DNA from: Mobula hypostoma
Taxonomy: Eukaryota
Length of the DNA stretch: 64,000 nt
Direction of reading: 5' to 3'
Assembly: GCF_963921235.1 (NCBI RefSeq)
Contig: NC_086101.1
Span: forward strand, 1 to 64,000
The translations under genes and the position numbers were made by a program. This document shows positions 1 through 18,313 of the stretch, piece by piece (the stretch's first letter is position 1; each line of letters opens with the position of its first letter). Under the pieces are notes generated by a model that worked only from the letters and a program-made list of their open reading frames with translations, ran no database searches and was not told the DNA's origin.

Positions 1-3000
1 TGGATGGATGGATGGATGGATGGATGGATGGATGGATGGATGGATGGATGGATGGATGGATGGATGGATGGATGGATGGATGGATGGATGGATGGATGGA
101 TGGATGGATGGATGGATGGATGGATGGATGGATGGATGGATGGATGGATGGAATGGAATGGAATGGAATGGATGGATGGATGGATGGATGGATGGATGGA
201 TGGATGGAATGGATGGAAATGGATGGAATGGAATGGAATGGAATGGAATGGAATGGATGGAATGGAATGGAATGGAATGGAATGGAATGGAATGGAATGG
301 AATGGATGGAATGGGAATGGAATGGAATGGAATGGACGAATGGAATGGAATGGAATGGAATGGAAATGGAATGGATGGATGGATGGAATGGAATGGATGG
401 AAATGGATGGATGGAATGGATGGATGGATGGAATGGATGGAATGGATGGATGGATGGATGGATGGAATGGATGGATGGAATGGATGGAATGGATGGAATG
501 GATGGATGGAATGGAATGGAATGGATGGAATGGATGGATGGATGGAATGGATGGATGGATGGATGGATGGATGGATGGATGGATGGATGGATGGATGGAT
601 GGATGGATGGATGGATGGATGGATGGATGGATGGATGGATGGATGGATGGATGGATGGATGGATGGATGGATGGATGGATGGATGGATGGATGGATGGAT
701 GGATGGATGGATGGATGGATGGATGGATGGATGGATGGATGGATGGATGGATGGATGGATGGATGGATGGATGGATGGATGGATGGATGGATGGATGGAT
801 GGAATGGATGGAATGGAATGGATGGAATGGATGGAATGGATGGATGGAATGGATGGATGGATGGATGGATGGATGGATGGATGGATGGATGGATGGATGG
901 ATGGATGGATGGATGGATGGATGGATGGATGGATGGATGGATGGATGGATGGATGGATGGATGGATGGATGGATGGATGGATGGATGGATGGATGGATGG
1001 ATGGATGGATGGATGGATGGATGGATGGATGGATGGATGGATGGATGGATGGATGGAATGGATGGATGGATGGATGGATGGATGGATGGATGGATGGATG
1101 GATGGATGGATGGATGGATGGATGGATGGATGGATGGATGGATGGATGGATGGATGGATGGATGGAATGGATGGATGGATGGATGGATGGATGGATGGAT
1201 GGATGGATGGATGGATGGATGGATGGATGGATGGATGGATGGATGGATGGATGGATGGATGGATGGATGGATGGATGGATGGATGGAATGGAATGGATGG
1301 AATGGATGGGATGGAATGGATGGATGGATGGATGGATGGATGGATGGATGGATGGATGGATGGAATGGAATGGATGGATGGATGGATGGATGGATGGATG
1401 GATGGATGGATGGATGGATGGATGGATGGATGGATGGATGGATGGATGGATGGATGGATGGATGGATGGATGGATGGATGGATGGATGGATGGATGGATG
1501 GATGGATGGATGGATGGATGGATGGATGGATGGATGGATGGATGGATGGATGGATGGATGGATGGATGGATGGAATGGATGGATGGATGGATGGATGGAT
1601 GGATGGATGGATGGATGGATGGAATGGATGGATGGATGGATGGATGGATGGATGGATGGATGGATGGATGGATGGATGGATGGATGGATGGATGGAATGG
1701 ATGGATGGATGGATGGATGGATGGATGGATGGATGGATGGATGGATGGATGGATGGATGGAATGGATGGATGGATGGATGGGATGGATGGAATGGATGGA
1801 TGGAATGGAATGGATGGATGGATGGATGGATGGATGGATGGATGGATGGATGGATGGATGGATGGATGGATGGATGGATGGATGGATGGATGGATGGATG
1901 GATGGATGGATGGATGGATGGATGGATGGATGGATGGATGGATGGATGGATGGATGGATGGATGGATGGATGGATGGATGGATGGATGGATGGATGGATG
2001 GATGGATGGATGGATGGATGGATGGATGGATGGATGGATGGATGGATGGATGGATGGATGGATGGATGGATGGATGGATGGATGGATGGATGGATGGATG
2101 GATGGATGGATGGATGGATGGATGGATGGATGGATGGATGGATGGATGGATGGATGGATGGATGGATGGATGGATGGATGGATGGATGGATGGATGGATG
2201 GATGGATGGATGGATGGATGGATGGATGGATGGATGGATGGATGGATGGATGGATGGATGGATGGATGGATGGATGGATGGATGGATGGATGGATGGATG
2301 GATGGATGGATGGATGGATGGATGGAATGGATGGATGGATGGATGGATGGATGGATGGATGGATGGATGGATGGATGGAATGGAATGGATGGAATGGATG
2401 GATGGATGGATGGATGGATGGATGGAATGGATGGATGGATGGATGGATGGATGGATGGAATGGATGGATGGATGGATGGATGGATGGATGGATGGATGGA
2501 TGGATGGATGGATGGATGGATGGAATGGAATGGAATGGAATGGATGGATGGATGGATGGATGGAATGGAATGGAATGGATGGATGGATGGATGGATGGAA
2601 TGGAATGGATGGATGGATGGATGGATGGATGGATGGATGGAATGGATGGATGGATGGATGGATGGATGGATGGATGGATGGATGGATGGATGGATGGATG
2701 GATGGATGGATGGATGGATGGATGGATGGATGGATGGAATGGATGGATGGAATGGATGGATGGATGGATGGAATGGATGGATGGATGGATGGAATGGATG
2801 GATGGATGGATGGAATGGATGGATGGATGGATGGATGGAATGGATGGATGGAATGGAATGGAATGGAATGGATGGATGGAATGGAATGGATGGATGGAAT
2901 GGAATGGAATGGAATGGATGGATGGATGGATGGAATGGATGGATGGAATGGAATGGAATGGAATGGATGGATGGATGGATGGATGGATGGATGGAATGGA

Positions 3001-6000
3001 ATGGAATGGAATGGAATGGAATGGAATGGATGGAATGGATGGATGGATGGATGGATGGATGGATGGATGGATGGATGGATGGATGGATGGATGGATGGAT
3101 GGATGGATGGATGGATGGATGGATGGATGGATGGATGGATGGATGGATGGATGGATGGATGGATGGATGGATGGATGGATGGATGGATGGATGGATGGAT
3201 GGATGGATGGATGGATGGATGGATGGATGGATGGATGGATGGATGGATGGATGGATGGATGGATGGATGGATGGATGGATGGATGGATGGATGGATGGAT
3301 GGATGGATGGATGGATGGATGGATGGATGGATGGATGGATGGATGGATGGATGGATGGATGGATGGATGGATGGATGGATGGATGGATGGATGGATGGAT
3401 GGATGGATGGATGGATGGATGGATGGATGGATGGATGGATGGATGGATGGATGGATGGAATGGATGGAATGGATGGATGGATGGATGGATGGATGGATGG
3501 ATGGATGGATGGATGGATGGATGGATGGATGGATGGATGGATGGATGGATGGATGGATGGATGGATGGATGGATGGATGGATGGATGGATGGATGGATGG
3601 ATGGATGGATGGATGGATGGATGGATGGATGGATGGATGGATGGATGGATGGATGGATGGATGGATGGATGGATGGATGGATGGATGGATGGATGGATGG
3701 ATGGAATGGATGGATGGATGGATGGATGGATGGATGGATGGATGGATGGAATGGATGGATGGATGGAATGGATGGATGGATGGATGGATGGATGGATGGA
3801 TGGATGGATGGATGGATGGATGGATGGATGGATGGATGGATGGATGGAATGGATGGATGGATGGATGGATGGATGGATGGATGGATGGATGGATGGATGG
3901 ATGGATGGATGGATGGATGGATGGAATGGATGGATGGATGGATGGATGGATGGATGGATGGATGGATGGATGGATGGAATGGAATGGGAATGGAATGGAT
4001 GGATGGATGGATGGATGGATGGAATGGAATGGAATGGAATGGATGGATGGATGGATGGATGGATGGATGGATGGATGGATGGATGGAATGGAATGGAATG
4101 GAATGGATGGATGGATGGATGGATGGATGGATGGATGGATGGATGGATGGATGGATGGATGGATGGATGGATGGATGGAATGGATGGATGGAATGGAATG
4201 GATGGATGGATGGAATGGATGGATGGATGGAATGGAATGGAATGGATGGAATGGAATGGAATGGAATGGATGGATGGAATGGAATGGATGGATGGATGGA
4301 TGGATGGAATGGATGGATGGAATGGAATGGAATGGATGGATGGATGGAATGGATGGAATGGAATGGATGGATGGAATGGATGGATGGATGGATGGATGGA
4401 TGGATGGATGGATGGATGGATGGATGGAATGGATGGAATGGAATGGAATGGATGGAATGGATGGATGGATGGAATGGATGGATGGAATGGAATGGAATGG
4501 AATGGAATGGATGGATGGATGGATGGATGGATGGATGGAATGGATGGATGGAATGGATGGATGGATGGAATGGAATGGATGGATGGATGGAATGGATGGA
4601 ATGGAATGGAATGGAATGGATGGAATGGAATGGATGGATGGATGAATGGATGGAATGGAATGGAATGGAATGGATGGAATGGATGGATGGATGGATGGAT
4701 GGATGGATGGATGGATGGATGGATGGATGGATGGATGGATGGAATGGAATGGATGGAATGGAATGGATGGATGGAATGGAATGGAATGGATGGATGGAAT
4801 GGAATGGATGGATGGAATGGAATGGATGGATGGATGGATGGATGGAATGGATGGATGGAATGGAATGGAATGGAATGGATGGATGGATGGATGGAATGGA
4901 TGGATGGATGGATGGATGGAATGGATGGATGGATGGAATGGATGGATGGATGGATGGATGGATGGATGGATGGATGGATGGATGGATGGATGGATGGATG
5001 GATGGATGGATGGATGGAATGGATGGATGGATGGATGGATGGATGGATGGATGGATGGATGGAATGGATGGATGGAATGGAATGGATGGATGGATGGATG
5101 GATGGATGGATGGATGGATGGATGGATGGATGGATGGATGGAATGGAATGGAATGGAATGGAATGGAATGGAATGGAATGGAATGGAATGGAATGGATGG
5201 ATGGATGGATGGATGGATGGATGGATGGATGGATGGATGGATGGATGGATGGATGGATGGATGGATGGATGGATGGATGGATGGATGGATGGATGGATGG
5301 ATGGATGGAATGGATGGATGGATGGATGGATGGATGGATGGATGGATGGATGGATGGATGGATGGATGGATGGATGGATGGATGGATGGATGGATGGATG
5401 GATGGATGGATGGATGGATGGATGGATGGATGGATGGATGGATGGATGGATGGATGGATGGATGGATGGATGGATGGATGGATGGATGGATGGATGGATG
5501 GATGGATGGATGGATGGATGGATGGATGGAATGGATGGAATGGATGGATGGATGGATGGATGGATGGATGGATGGAATGGAATGGATGGATGGATGGATG
5601 GATGGATGGATGGATGGATGGATGGATGGATGGATGGATGGATGGATGGATGGATGGATGGATGGATGGATGGATGGATGGATGGATGGATGGATGGATG
5701 GATGGATGGATGGATGGATGGATGGATGGATGGATGGATGGATGGATGGATGGATGGATGGATGGATGGATGGATGGATGGATGGATGGATGGATGGATG
5801 GATGGATGGATGGATGGATGGATGGATGGATGGATGGATGGATGGATGGATGGATGGATGGATGGATGGATGGATGGATGGATGGATGGATGGATGGATG
5901 GATGGATGGATGGATGGATGGATGGATGGATGGATGGATGGATGGATGGATGGATGGATGGAATGGATGGATGGATGGATGGATGGATGGATGGATGGAT

Positions 6001-6529
6001 GGATGGATGGATGGATGGATGGAATGGATGGATGGATGGATGGATGGAATGGATGGGATGGATGGATGGATGGATGGATGGATGGATGGATGGATGGATG
6101 GATGGATGGATGGATGGATGGATGGATGGATGGATGGATGGATGGATGGATGGATGGATGGATGGATGGATGGATGGATGGATGGATGGATGGATGGATG
6201 GATGGATGGATGGATGGATGGATGGATGGATGGATGGATGGATGGATGGATGGATGGATGGATGGATGGATGGATGGATGGATGGATGGATGGATGGATG
6301 GATGGATGGATGGATGGATGGATGGATGGATGGATGGATGGATGGATGGATGGATGGATGGATGGATGGATGGATGGATGGATGGATGGATGGATGGATG
6401 GATGGATGGATGGATGGATGGATGGATGGAATGGAATGGATGGAATGGATGGATGGATGGAATGGATGGATGGATGGATGGATGGATGGATGGATGGATG
6501 GATGGATGGATGGAATGGAATGGAATGGA

Positions 6530-6561
<32 letters not shown>

Positions 6562-9500
6562 ATGGATGGATGGATGGATGGATGGATGGATGGATGGATG
6601 GATGGATGGAATGGAATGGATGGATGGATGGATGGATGGATGGAATGGATGGATGGATGGATGGATGGATGGATGGATGGATGGATGGATGGATGGATGG
6701 ATGGATGGATGGATGGATGGATGGATGGATGGATGGATGGATGGATGGATGGATGGATGGATGAATGGATGGATGGATGGATGGAATGGAATGGGAATGG
6801 ATGGATGGATGGATGGATGGATGGATGGATGGATGGATGGATGGATGGATGGATGGATGGATGGATGGATGGATGGATGGATGGATGGATGGATGGATGG
6901 ATGGATGGATGGATGGATGGATGGATGGATGGATGGATGGATGGAATGGAATGGATGGATGGATGGATGGATGGATGGATGGATGGATGGATGGATGGAT
7001 GGATGGATGGATGGATGGATGGATGGATGGATGGATGGATGGATGGAATGGATGGATGGATGGATGGATGGATGGATGGATGGATGGATGGATGGATGGA
7101 TGGATGGATGGATGGATGGATGGAATGGAATGGATGGATGGATGGATGGAATGGAATGGAATGGATGGATGGATGGATGGATGGATGGATGGATGGAATG
7201 GAATGGAATGGATGGATGGAATGGAATGGAATGGATGGATGGATGGATGGATGGATGGATGGATGGATGGATGGATGGATGGATGGATGGATGGATGGAT
7301 GGATGGATGGATGGATGGATGGATGGATGGATGGATGGATGGATGGATGGATGGATGGATGGATGGATGGATGGATGGATGGATGGATGGATGGATGGAT
7401 GGATGGATGGATGGATGGATGGATGGATGGATGGATGGATGGATGGATGGATGGATGGATGGATGGATGGATGGATGGATGGATGGATGGATGGATGGAT
7501 GGATGGATGGATGGATGGATGGATGGATGGATGGATGGATGGATGGATGGATGGATGGATGGATGGATGGATGGATGGATGGAATGGATGGATGGATGGA
7601 TGGATGGATGGATGGATGGATGGAATGGAATGGAATGGAATGGATGGATGGATGGATGGATGGATGGATGGATGGATGGATGGAATGGATGGAATGGATG
7701 GATGGATGGATGGATGGATGGATGGATGGATGGATGGATGGATGGATGGATGGAATGGAGGATGGATGGATGGATGGATGGATGGATGGATGGATGGAAT
7801 GGAATGGATGGATGGATGGATGGATGGATGGATGGATGGATGGATGGATGGATGGATGGATGGATGGAATGGATGGATGGATGGATGGATGGATGGATGG
7901 ATGGATGGATGGATGGATGGATGGATGGATGGATGGATGGATGGATGGATGGATGGATGGATGGATGGATGGATGGATGGATGGATGGATGGATGGATGG
8001 ATGGATGGATGGATGGATGGATGGATGGATGGATGGATGGATGGATGGATGGATGGATGGATGGATGGATGGATGGATGGATGGATGGATGGATGGATGG
8101 ATGGATGGATGGATGGATGGATGGATGGATGGATGGATGGATGGATGGATGGATGGATGGATGGATGGATGGATGGATGGATGGATGGATGGATGGATGG
8201 ATGGATGGATGGATGGATGGATGGATGGATGGATGGATGGATGGATGGATGGATGGATGGATGGATGGATGGATGGATGGATGGATGGATGGATGGATGG
8301 ATGGATGGATGGATGGATGGATGGATGGATGGATGGATGGATGGATGGATGGATGGATGGATGGATGGATGGATGGATGGATGGATGGATGGATGGATGG
8401 ATGGATGGATGGATGGAATGGAATGGAATGGAATGGATGGATGGATGGAATGGATGGATGGATGGATGGATGGATGGATGGATGGATGGATGGATGGATG
8501 GATGGATGGATGGATGGATGGATGGATGGATGGAATGGAATGGATGGATGGATGGATGGATGGATGGATGGATGGATGGATGGATGGATGGATGGATGGA
8601 TGGATGGATGGATGGATGGATGGATGGATGGATGGATGGATGGATGGATGGATGGATGGATGGATGGATGGATGGATGGATGGATGGATGGATGGATGGA
8701 TGGATGGATGGATGGATGGATGGATGGATGGATGGATGGATGGATGGATGGAATGGATGGATGGATGGATGGATGGATGGATGGATGGAATGGATGGATG
8801 GATGGATGGATGGAGGATGGATGGATGGATGGAATGGATGGATGGATGGATGGATGGATGGATGGATGGATGGATGGATGGATGGATGGATGGATGGATG
8901 GATGGATGGATGGATGGATGGATGGATGGATGGATGGATGGATGGATGGATGGATGGATGGATGGATGGATGGATGGATGGATGGATGGATGGATGGATG
9001 GATGGATGGATGGATGGATGGATGGATGGATGGATGGATGGAATGGATGGATGGATGGATGGATGGATGGATGGATGGATGGATGGAATGGATGGATGGA
9101 ATGGATGGATGGATGGATGGAATGGATGGATGGAATGGATGGATGGAATGGATGGAATGGAATGGATGGAATGGATGGATGGATGGATGGATGGAATGGA
9201 TGGATGGATGGATGGATGGATGGATGGATGGATGGATGGATGGATGGATGGATGGATGGATGGATGGATGGATGGATGGATGGATGGATGGATGGATGGA
9301 TGGATGGATGGATGGATGGATGGGATGGATGGATGGAATGGAATGGATGGATGGATGGATGGATGGAATGGATGGATGGATGGATGGAATGGATGGATGG
9401 AATGGATGGATGGAATGGATGGATGGATGGATGGATGGATGGATGGATGGATGGATGGATGGATGGATGGATGGATGGATGGATGGATGGATGGATGGAT

Positions 9501-12500
9501 GGATGGATGGATGGATGGATGGATGGATGGATGGATGGATGGATGGATGGATGGATGGATGGATGGATGGATGGATGGATGGATGGATGGATGGATGGAT
9601 GGATGGATGGATGGATGGATGGATGGATGGATGGATGGATGGATGGATGGATGGATGGATGGATGGATGGATGGATGGATGGATGGATGGATGGATGGAT
9701 GGATGGATGGATGGAATGGATGGATGGATGGATGGATGGAATGGAATGGATGGATGGATGGATGGAATGGATGGATGGATGGATGGATGGATGGATGGAT
9801 GGATGGATGGATGGATGGATGGATGGATGGATGGATGGATGGATGGATGGATGGATGGATGGATGGATGGATGGATGGATGGAGGATGGATGGATGGAAT
9901 GGAATGGAATGGAATGGATGGAATGGAATGGAATGGAATGGAATGGAATGGAATGGATGGATGGAATGGATGGATGGATGGATGGATGGATGGATGGATG
10001 GATGGAATGGAATGGAGGATGGATGGATGGATGGATGGATGGATGGATGGATGGATGGATGGATGGATGGATGGATGGATGGATGGATGGATGGATGGAT
10101 GGATGGATGGATGGATGGATGGATGGATGGATGGATGGATGGATGGATGGATGGATGGATGGATGGATGGATGGATGGATGGATGGATGGATGGATGGAT
10201 GGATGGATGGATGGATGGATGGATGGATGGATGGATGGATGGATGGATGGATGGATGGATGGATGGATGGATGGATGGATGGATGGATGGATGGATGGAT
10301 GGATGGATGGATGGATGGATGGATGGATGGATGGATGGATGGATGGATGGATGGATGGATGGATGGATGGATGGATGGATGGATGGATGGATGGATGGAT
10401 GGATGGATGGATGGATGGATGGATGGATGGATGGATGGATGGATGGATGGATGGATGGATGGATGGATGGATGGATGGATGGATGGATGGATGGATGGAT
10501 GGATGGATGGATGGATGGATGGATGGATGGATGGATGGATGGATGGATGGATGGATGGATGGATGGATGGATGGATGGATGGATGGATGGATGGATGGAT
10601 GGAATGGATGGATGGATGGAATGGAATGGATGGATGGATGGATGGATGGATGGATGGATGGATGGATGGATGGATGGATGGATGGATGGATGGATGGATG
10701 GATGGATGGATGGATGGATGGATGGATGGATGGATGGATGGATGGATGGATGGATGGATGGATGGATGGATGGATGGATGGATGGATGGATGGATGGATG
10801 GATGGAATGGATGGATGGATGGATGGATGGATGGATGGATGGATGGATGGATGGATGGATGGATGGATGGATGGATGGATGGATGGATGGATGGATGGAT
10901 GGATGGATGGATGGATGGATGGATGGATGGATGGATGGATGGATGGATGGATGGATGGATGGATGGATGGATGGATGGATGGATGGATGGATGGATGGAT
11001 GGATGGATGGATGGATGGATGGATGGATGGATGGATGGATGGATGGATGGATGGATGGATGGATGGATGGATGGATGGATGGATGGATGGATGGATGGAT
11101 GGATGGATGGATGGATGGATGGATGGATGGATGGATGGATGGATGGATGGATGGAATGGATGGATGGAATGGATGGATGGATGGATGGATGGATGGATGG
11201 ATGGATGGATGGATGGATGGATGGATGGATGGATGGATGGATGGATGGATGGATGGATGGATGGATGGATGGATGGATGGATGGATGGATGGATGGATGG
11301 ATGGATGGATGGATGGATGGATGGATGGATGGATGGATGGATGGATGGATGGATGGATGGATGGATGGATGGATGGATGGATGGATGGATGGATGGATGG
11401 ATGGATGGATGGATGGATGGATGGATGGATGGATGGATGGATGGATGGATGGATGGATGGATGGAATGGATGGATGGATGGATGGATGGATGGATGGATG
11501 GATGGATGGATGGATGGATGGATGGATGGATGGATGGATGGATGGATGGATGGATGGATGGATGGATGGATGGATGGATGGATGGATGGATGGATGGATG
11601 GATGGATGGATGGATGGATGGATGGATGGATGGATGGATGGATGGATGGATGGATGGATGGATGGATGGATGGATGGATGGATGGATGGATGGATGGATG
11701 GATGGATGGATGGATGGATGGATGGATGGATGGATGGATGGATGGATGGATGGATGGATGGATGGATGGATGGATGGAATGGATGGATGGATGGATGGAT
11801 GGATGGAATGGATGGATGGATGGATGGATGGATGGAATGGATGGATGGATGGAATGGATGGATGGATGGATGGATGGATGGATGGATGGATGGATGGATG
11901 GATGGATGGATGGATGGAATGGAATGGATGGATGGATGGATGGATGGATGGATGGATGGATGGATGGATGGATGGATGGATGGATGGATGGATGGATGGA
12001 TGGATGGATGGATGGATGGAATGGATGGATGGAATGGAATGGATGGATGGATGGATGGATGGATGGATGGATGGATGGATGGATGGATGGGATGGATGGA
12101 TGGATGGATGGAATGGAATGGATGGATGGATGGATGGATGGATGGAATGGATGGATGGATGGATGGATGGAATGGAATGGATGGATGGATGGATGGATGG
12201 ATGGATGGATGGATGGATGGATGGAATGGATGGATGGATGGATGGATGGATGGATGGATGGATGGATGGATGGATGGATGGATGGATGGATGGATGGATG
12301 GATGGATGGATGGATGGATGGATGGATGGATGGATGGATGGATGGATGGATGGATGGATGGATGGATGGATGGATGGATGGATGGATGGATGGATGGATG
12401 GATGGATGGATGGATGGATGGATGGATGGATGGATGGATGGATGGATGGATGGATGGATGGATGGATGGATGGATGGATGGATGGATGGATGGATGGATG

Positions 12501-15500
12501 GATGGATGGATGGATGGATGGATGGAATGGATGGATGGATGGATGGATGGAATGGAATGGAATGGAATGGAATGGATGGATGGATGGATGGATGGATGGA
12601 TGGATGGATGGATGGATGGATGGATGGATGGATGGATGGATGGATGGATGGATGGATGGATGGATGGATGGATGGATGGATGGATGGATGGATGGATGGA
12701 TGGATGGATGGATGGATGGATGGATGGATGGATGGATGGATGGATGGATGGATGGATGGATGGATGGATGGATGGATGGATGGATGGATGGATGGATGGA
12801 TGGATGGATGGATGGATGGATGGATGGATGGATGGATGGATGGATGGATGGATGGATGGATGGATGGATGGATGGATGGATGGATGGATGGATGGATGGA
12901 TGGATGGATGGATGGATGGATGGATGGATGGATGGATGGATGGATGGATGGATGGATGGATGGATGGATGGATGGATGGATGGAATGGATGGATGGATGG
13001 ATGGATGGATGGATGGAGGATGGATGGATGGATGGATGGATGGATGGATGGATGGATGGATGGATGGATGGATGGATGGATGGATGGATGGAATGGATGG
13101 ATGGATGGATGGATGGATGGATGGAATGGATGGATGGATGGATGGATGGATGGATGGATGGATGGATGGATGGATGGATGGATGGATGGATGGATGGATG
13201 GATGGATGGATGGATGGATGGATGGATGGATGGATGGATGGATGGATGGATGGATGGATGGATGGATGGAATGGATGGATGGATGGATGGATGGATGGAT
13301 GGATGGATGGATGGATGGATGGATGGATGGATGGATGGATGGATGGATGGATGGATGGATGGATGGATGGAATGGATGGATGGATGGATGGATGGAATGG
13401 ATGGATGGATGGATGGATGGATGGATGGATGGATGGATGGAATGGAATGGAATGGAATGGATGGATGGATGGATGGATGGATGGATGGATGGATGGAATG
13501 GAATGGATGGATGGATGGATGGATGGATGGAATGGAATGGATGGAATGGATGGATGGAATGGATGGATGGATGGATGGATGGATGGATGGATGGATGGAT
13601 GGATGGATGGATGGATGGATGGATGGAATGGATGGATGGATGGATGGATGGATGGATGGATGGATGGATGGATGGATGGATGGATGGATGGATGGATGGA
13701 TGGATGGATGGATGGATGGATGGATGGATGGATGGATGGATGGAATGGATGGATGGATGGATGGATGGATGGATGGATGGATGGATGGATGGATGGATGG
13801 ATGGAATGGATGGATGGAATGGATGGATGGATGGATGGATGGATGGATGGATGGATGGATGGATGGATGGATGGATGGATGGATGGATGGATGGATGGAT
13901 GGATGGATGGATGGATGGATGGATGGATGGATGGATGGATGGATGGATGGATGGATGGATGGATGGATGGATGGATGGATGGATGGATGGATGGATGGAT
14001 GGATGGATGGATGGATGGATGGATGGATGGATGGATGGATGGATGGATGGATGGATGGATGGATGGATGGATGGATGGATGGATGGATGGATGGATGGAT
14101 GGATGGATGGATGGATGGATGGATGGATGGATGGATGGATGGATGGATGGATGGATGGATGGATGGATGGATGGATGGATGGATGGATGGATGGATGGAT
14201 GGATGGATGGATGGATGGATGGATGGATGGATGGATGGATGGATGGATGGATGGATGGATGGATGGATGGATGGATGGATGGATGGATGGATGGATGGAT
14301 GGATGGATGGATGGATGGATGGATGGATGGAATGGATGGATGGATGGAATGGATGGATGGATGGATGGATGGATGGATGGATGGATGGATGGATGGATGG
14401 ATGGATGGATGGATGGATGGATGGATGGATGGATGGATGGATGGATGGATGGATGGATGGATGGATGGATGGATGGATGGATGGATGGATGGATGGATGG
14501 ATGGATGGATGGAATGGATGGATGGATGGATGGATGGATGGATGGATGGATGGATGGATGGATGGATGGATGGATGGATGGATGGATGGATGGATGGATG
14601 GATGGATGGATGGATGGATGGATGGATGGATGGATGGATGGATGGATGGATGGATGGATGGATGGATGGATGGATGGATGGATGGATGGATGGATGGATG
14701 GATGGATGGATGGATGGATGGATGGATGGATGGATGGATGGATGGATGGATGGATGGATGGATGGATGGATGGATGGATGGATGGATGGATGGATGGATG
14801 GATGGATGGATGGATGGATGGATGGATGGATGGATGGATGGATGGATGGATGGATGGATGGATGGATGGATGGATGGATGGATGGATGGATGGATGGATG
14901 GATGGATGGATGGATGGATGGATGGATGGATGGATGGATGGATGGATGGATGGATGGATGGATGGATGGATGGATGGATGGATGGATGGATGGATGGATG
15001 GATGGATGGATGGATGGATGGATGGATGGATGGATGGATGGATGGATGGATGGATGGATGGATGGATGGATGGATGGATGGATGGATGGATGGATGATGG
15101 ATGGATGGAATGGATGGATGGATGGATGGAATGGAATGGATGGATGGATGGATGGATGGATGGATGGATGGATGGATGGATGGATGGATGGATGGATGGA
15201 TGGATGGATGGATGGATGGATGGAATGGAATGGATGGATGGATGGATGGATGGATGGATGGATGGATGGAATGGATGGATGGATGGATGGATGGATGGAT
15301 GGATGGATGGATGGATGGATGGATGGATGGATGGATGGATGGATGGATGGATGGATGGATGGATGGATGGATGGATGGATGGATGGATGGATGGATGGAT
15401 GGATGGAATGGATGGATGGATGGATGGATGGATGGATGGATGGATGGATGGATGGATGGATGGATGGATGGATGGATGGATGGATGGATGGATGGATGGA

Positions 15501-18313
15501 TGGATGGATGGATGGATGGATGGATGGATGGATGGATGGATGGATGGATGGATGGATGGATGGATGGATGGATGGATGGATGGATGGATGGATGGATGGA
15601 TGGATGGATGGATGGATGGATGGATGGATGGATGGATGGATGGATGGATGGATGGATGGATGGATGGATGGATGGATGGATGGATGGATGGATGGATGGA
15701 TGGATGGATGGATGGATGGATGGATGGATGGATGGATGGATGGATGGATGGATGGATGGATGGATGGATGGATGGATGGATGGATGGATGGATGGATGGA
15801 TGGATGGATGGATGGATGGATGGATGGATGGATGGATGGATGGATGGATGGATGGATGGATGGATGGATGGATGGATGGATGGATGGATGGATGGATGGA
15901 TGGATGGATGGATGGATGGATGGATGGATGGATGGATGGATGGATGGATGGATGGATGGATGGATGGATGGATGGATGGATGGATGGATGGATGGATGGA
16001 TGGAATGGATGGATGGATGGATGGATGGATGGATGGATGGATGGATGGATGGATGGATGGATGGATGGATGGATGGATGGATGGATGGATGGATGGATGG
16101 ATGGATGGATGGATGGATGGATGGATGGATGGATGGATGGATGGATGGATGGATGGATGGATGGATGGATGGATGGATGGATGGATGGAATGGATGGAAT
16201 GGAATGGATGGATGGAATGGATGGAATGGATGGATGGAATGGATGGAATGGATGGATGGATGGATGGAATGGATGGAATGGATGGATGGATGGATGGATG
16301 GATGGATGGATGGATGGATGGATGGATGGATGGATGGATGGATGGATGGATGGATGGATGGATGGATGGATGGATGGATGGATGGATGGATGGATGGATG
16401 GATGGATGGATGGATGGATGGATGGATGGATGGATGGATGGATGGATGGATGGATGGATGGATGGATGGATGGATGGATGGATGGATGGATGGATGGATG
16501 GATGGATGGATGGATGGATGGATGGATGGATGGATGGATGGATGGATGGATGGATGGATGGATGGATGGATGGATGGATGGATGGATGGATGGATGGATG
16601 GATGGATGGATGGATGGAATGGATGGATGGATGGATGGATGGATGGATGGATGGAATGGATGGAATGGATGGATGGAATGGAATGGAATGGAATGGAATG
16701 GAATGGAATGGAATGGAATGGAATGGAATGGATGGAATGGAATGGATGGATGGATGGATGGATGGATGGATGGAATGGATGGATGGATGGATGGAATGGA
16801 ATGGAATGGAATGGAATGGATGGATGGAATGGAATGGAATGGATGGAATGGAATGGAATGGAATGGATGGATGGATGGATGGATGGAATGGATGGATGGA
16901 TGGATGGATGGATGGATGGATGGATGGATGGATGGATGGATGGATGGATGGATGGATGGATGGATGGATGGATGGATGGATGGATGGATGGATGGATGGA
17001 TGGATGGATGGATGGATGGATGGAATGGATGGATGGATGGATGGATGGATGGATGGATGGATGGATGGATGGATGGATGGATGGATGGATGGATGGATGG
17101 ATGGATGGATGGATGGATGGATGGATGGATGGATGGATGGATGGATGGATGGATGGATGGATGGATGGATGGGATGGATGGATGGATGGATGGATGGATG
17201 GATGGATGGATGGATGGATGGATGGATGGAATGGAATGGAATGGATGGAATGGAATGGAATGGAATGGATGGATGGATGGAATGGATGGATGGAATGGAT
17301 GGATGGATGGAATGGATGGATGGATGGATGGATGGAATGGATGGAATGGATGGAATGGAATGGAATGGATGGATGGATGGATGGATGGAATGGATGGATG
17401 GATGGATGGAATGGAATGGAATGGATGGATGGAATGGAATGGAATGGAATGGATGGATGGAATGGATGGAATGGAATGGAATGGATGGAATGGAATGGAA
17501 TGGAATGGAATGGAATGGATGGATGGAATGGAATGGATGGATGATGGAATGGAATGGAATGGATGGATGGATGGATGGATGGAATGGATGGAATGGATGG
17601 ATGGATGGATGGATGGATGGAATGGAATGGAATGGATGGATGGAATGGAATGGATGGATGGATGGATGGAATGGATGGAATGGATGGAATGGAATGGATG
17701 GATGGAATGGAATGGAATGGAATGGATGGATGGATGGATGGATGGATGGATGGATGGATGGATGGATGGATGGAATGGATGGATGGAATGGAATGGAATG
17801 GGAATGGAATGGATGGAATGGAATGGATGGAATGGAATGGAATGGAATGGATGGATGGAATGGAATGGAATGGAATGGAATGGAATGGATGGATGGATGG
17901 AATGGAATGGAATGGAATGGAATGGAATGGAATGGAATGGAATGGAATGGAATGGAATGGAATGGAATGGAATGGAATGGAATGGAATGGAATGGAATGG
18001 AATGGAATGGAATGGAATGGAATGGAATGGAATGGAATGGAATGGAATGGAATGGAATGGAATGGAATGGAATGGAATGGAATGGAATGGAATGGAATGG
18101 AATGGAATGGAATGGAATGAATGGAATGGAATGGAATGGAATGGAATGGAATGGAATGGAATGGAATGGAATGGAATGGAATGGAATGGAATGGAATGGA
18201 ATGGAATGGAATGGAATGGAATGGAATGGAATGGAATGGAATGGAATGGAATGGAAATGGAATGGAATGGAATGGAATGGAAGTGGAAATGGAATGGAAT
18301 GGAATGGAATGGG
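1..18313. repeat. (GGAT)n simple repeat/satellite with interspersed GGAAT units, becoming nearly pure (GGAAT)n over the last ~400 bp
   Basis: Directly visible. The + strand is almost only G/A/T, and most variants are single-base length changes (GGAT/GGAAT/GGGAT). Confidence 0.97.
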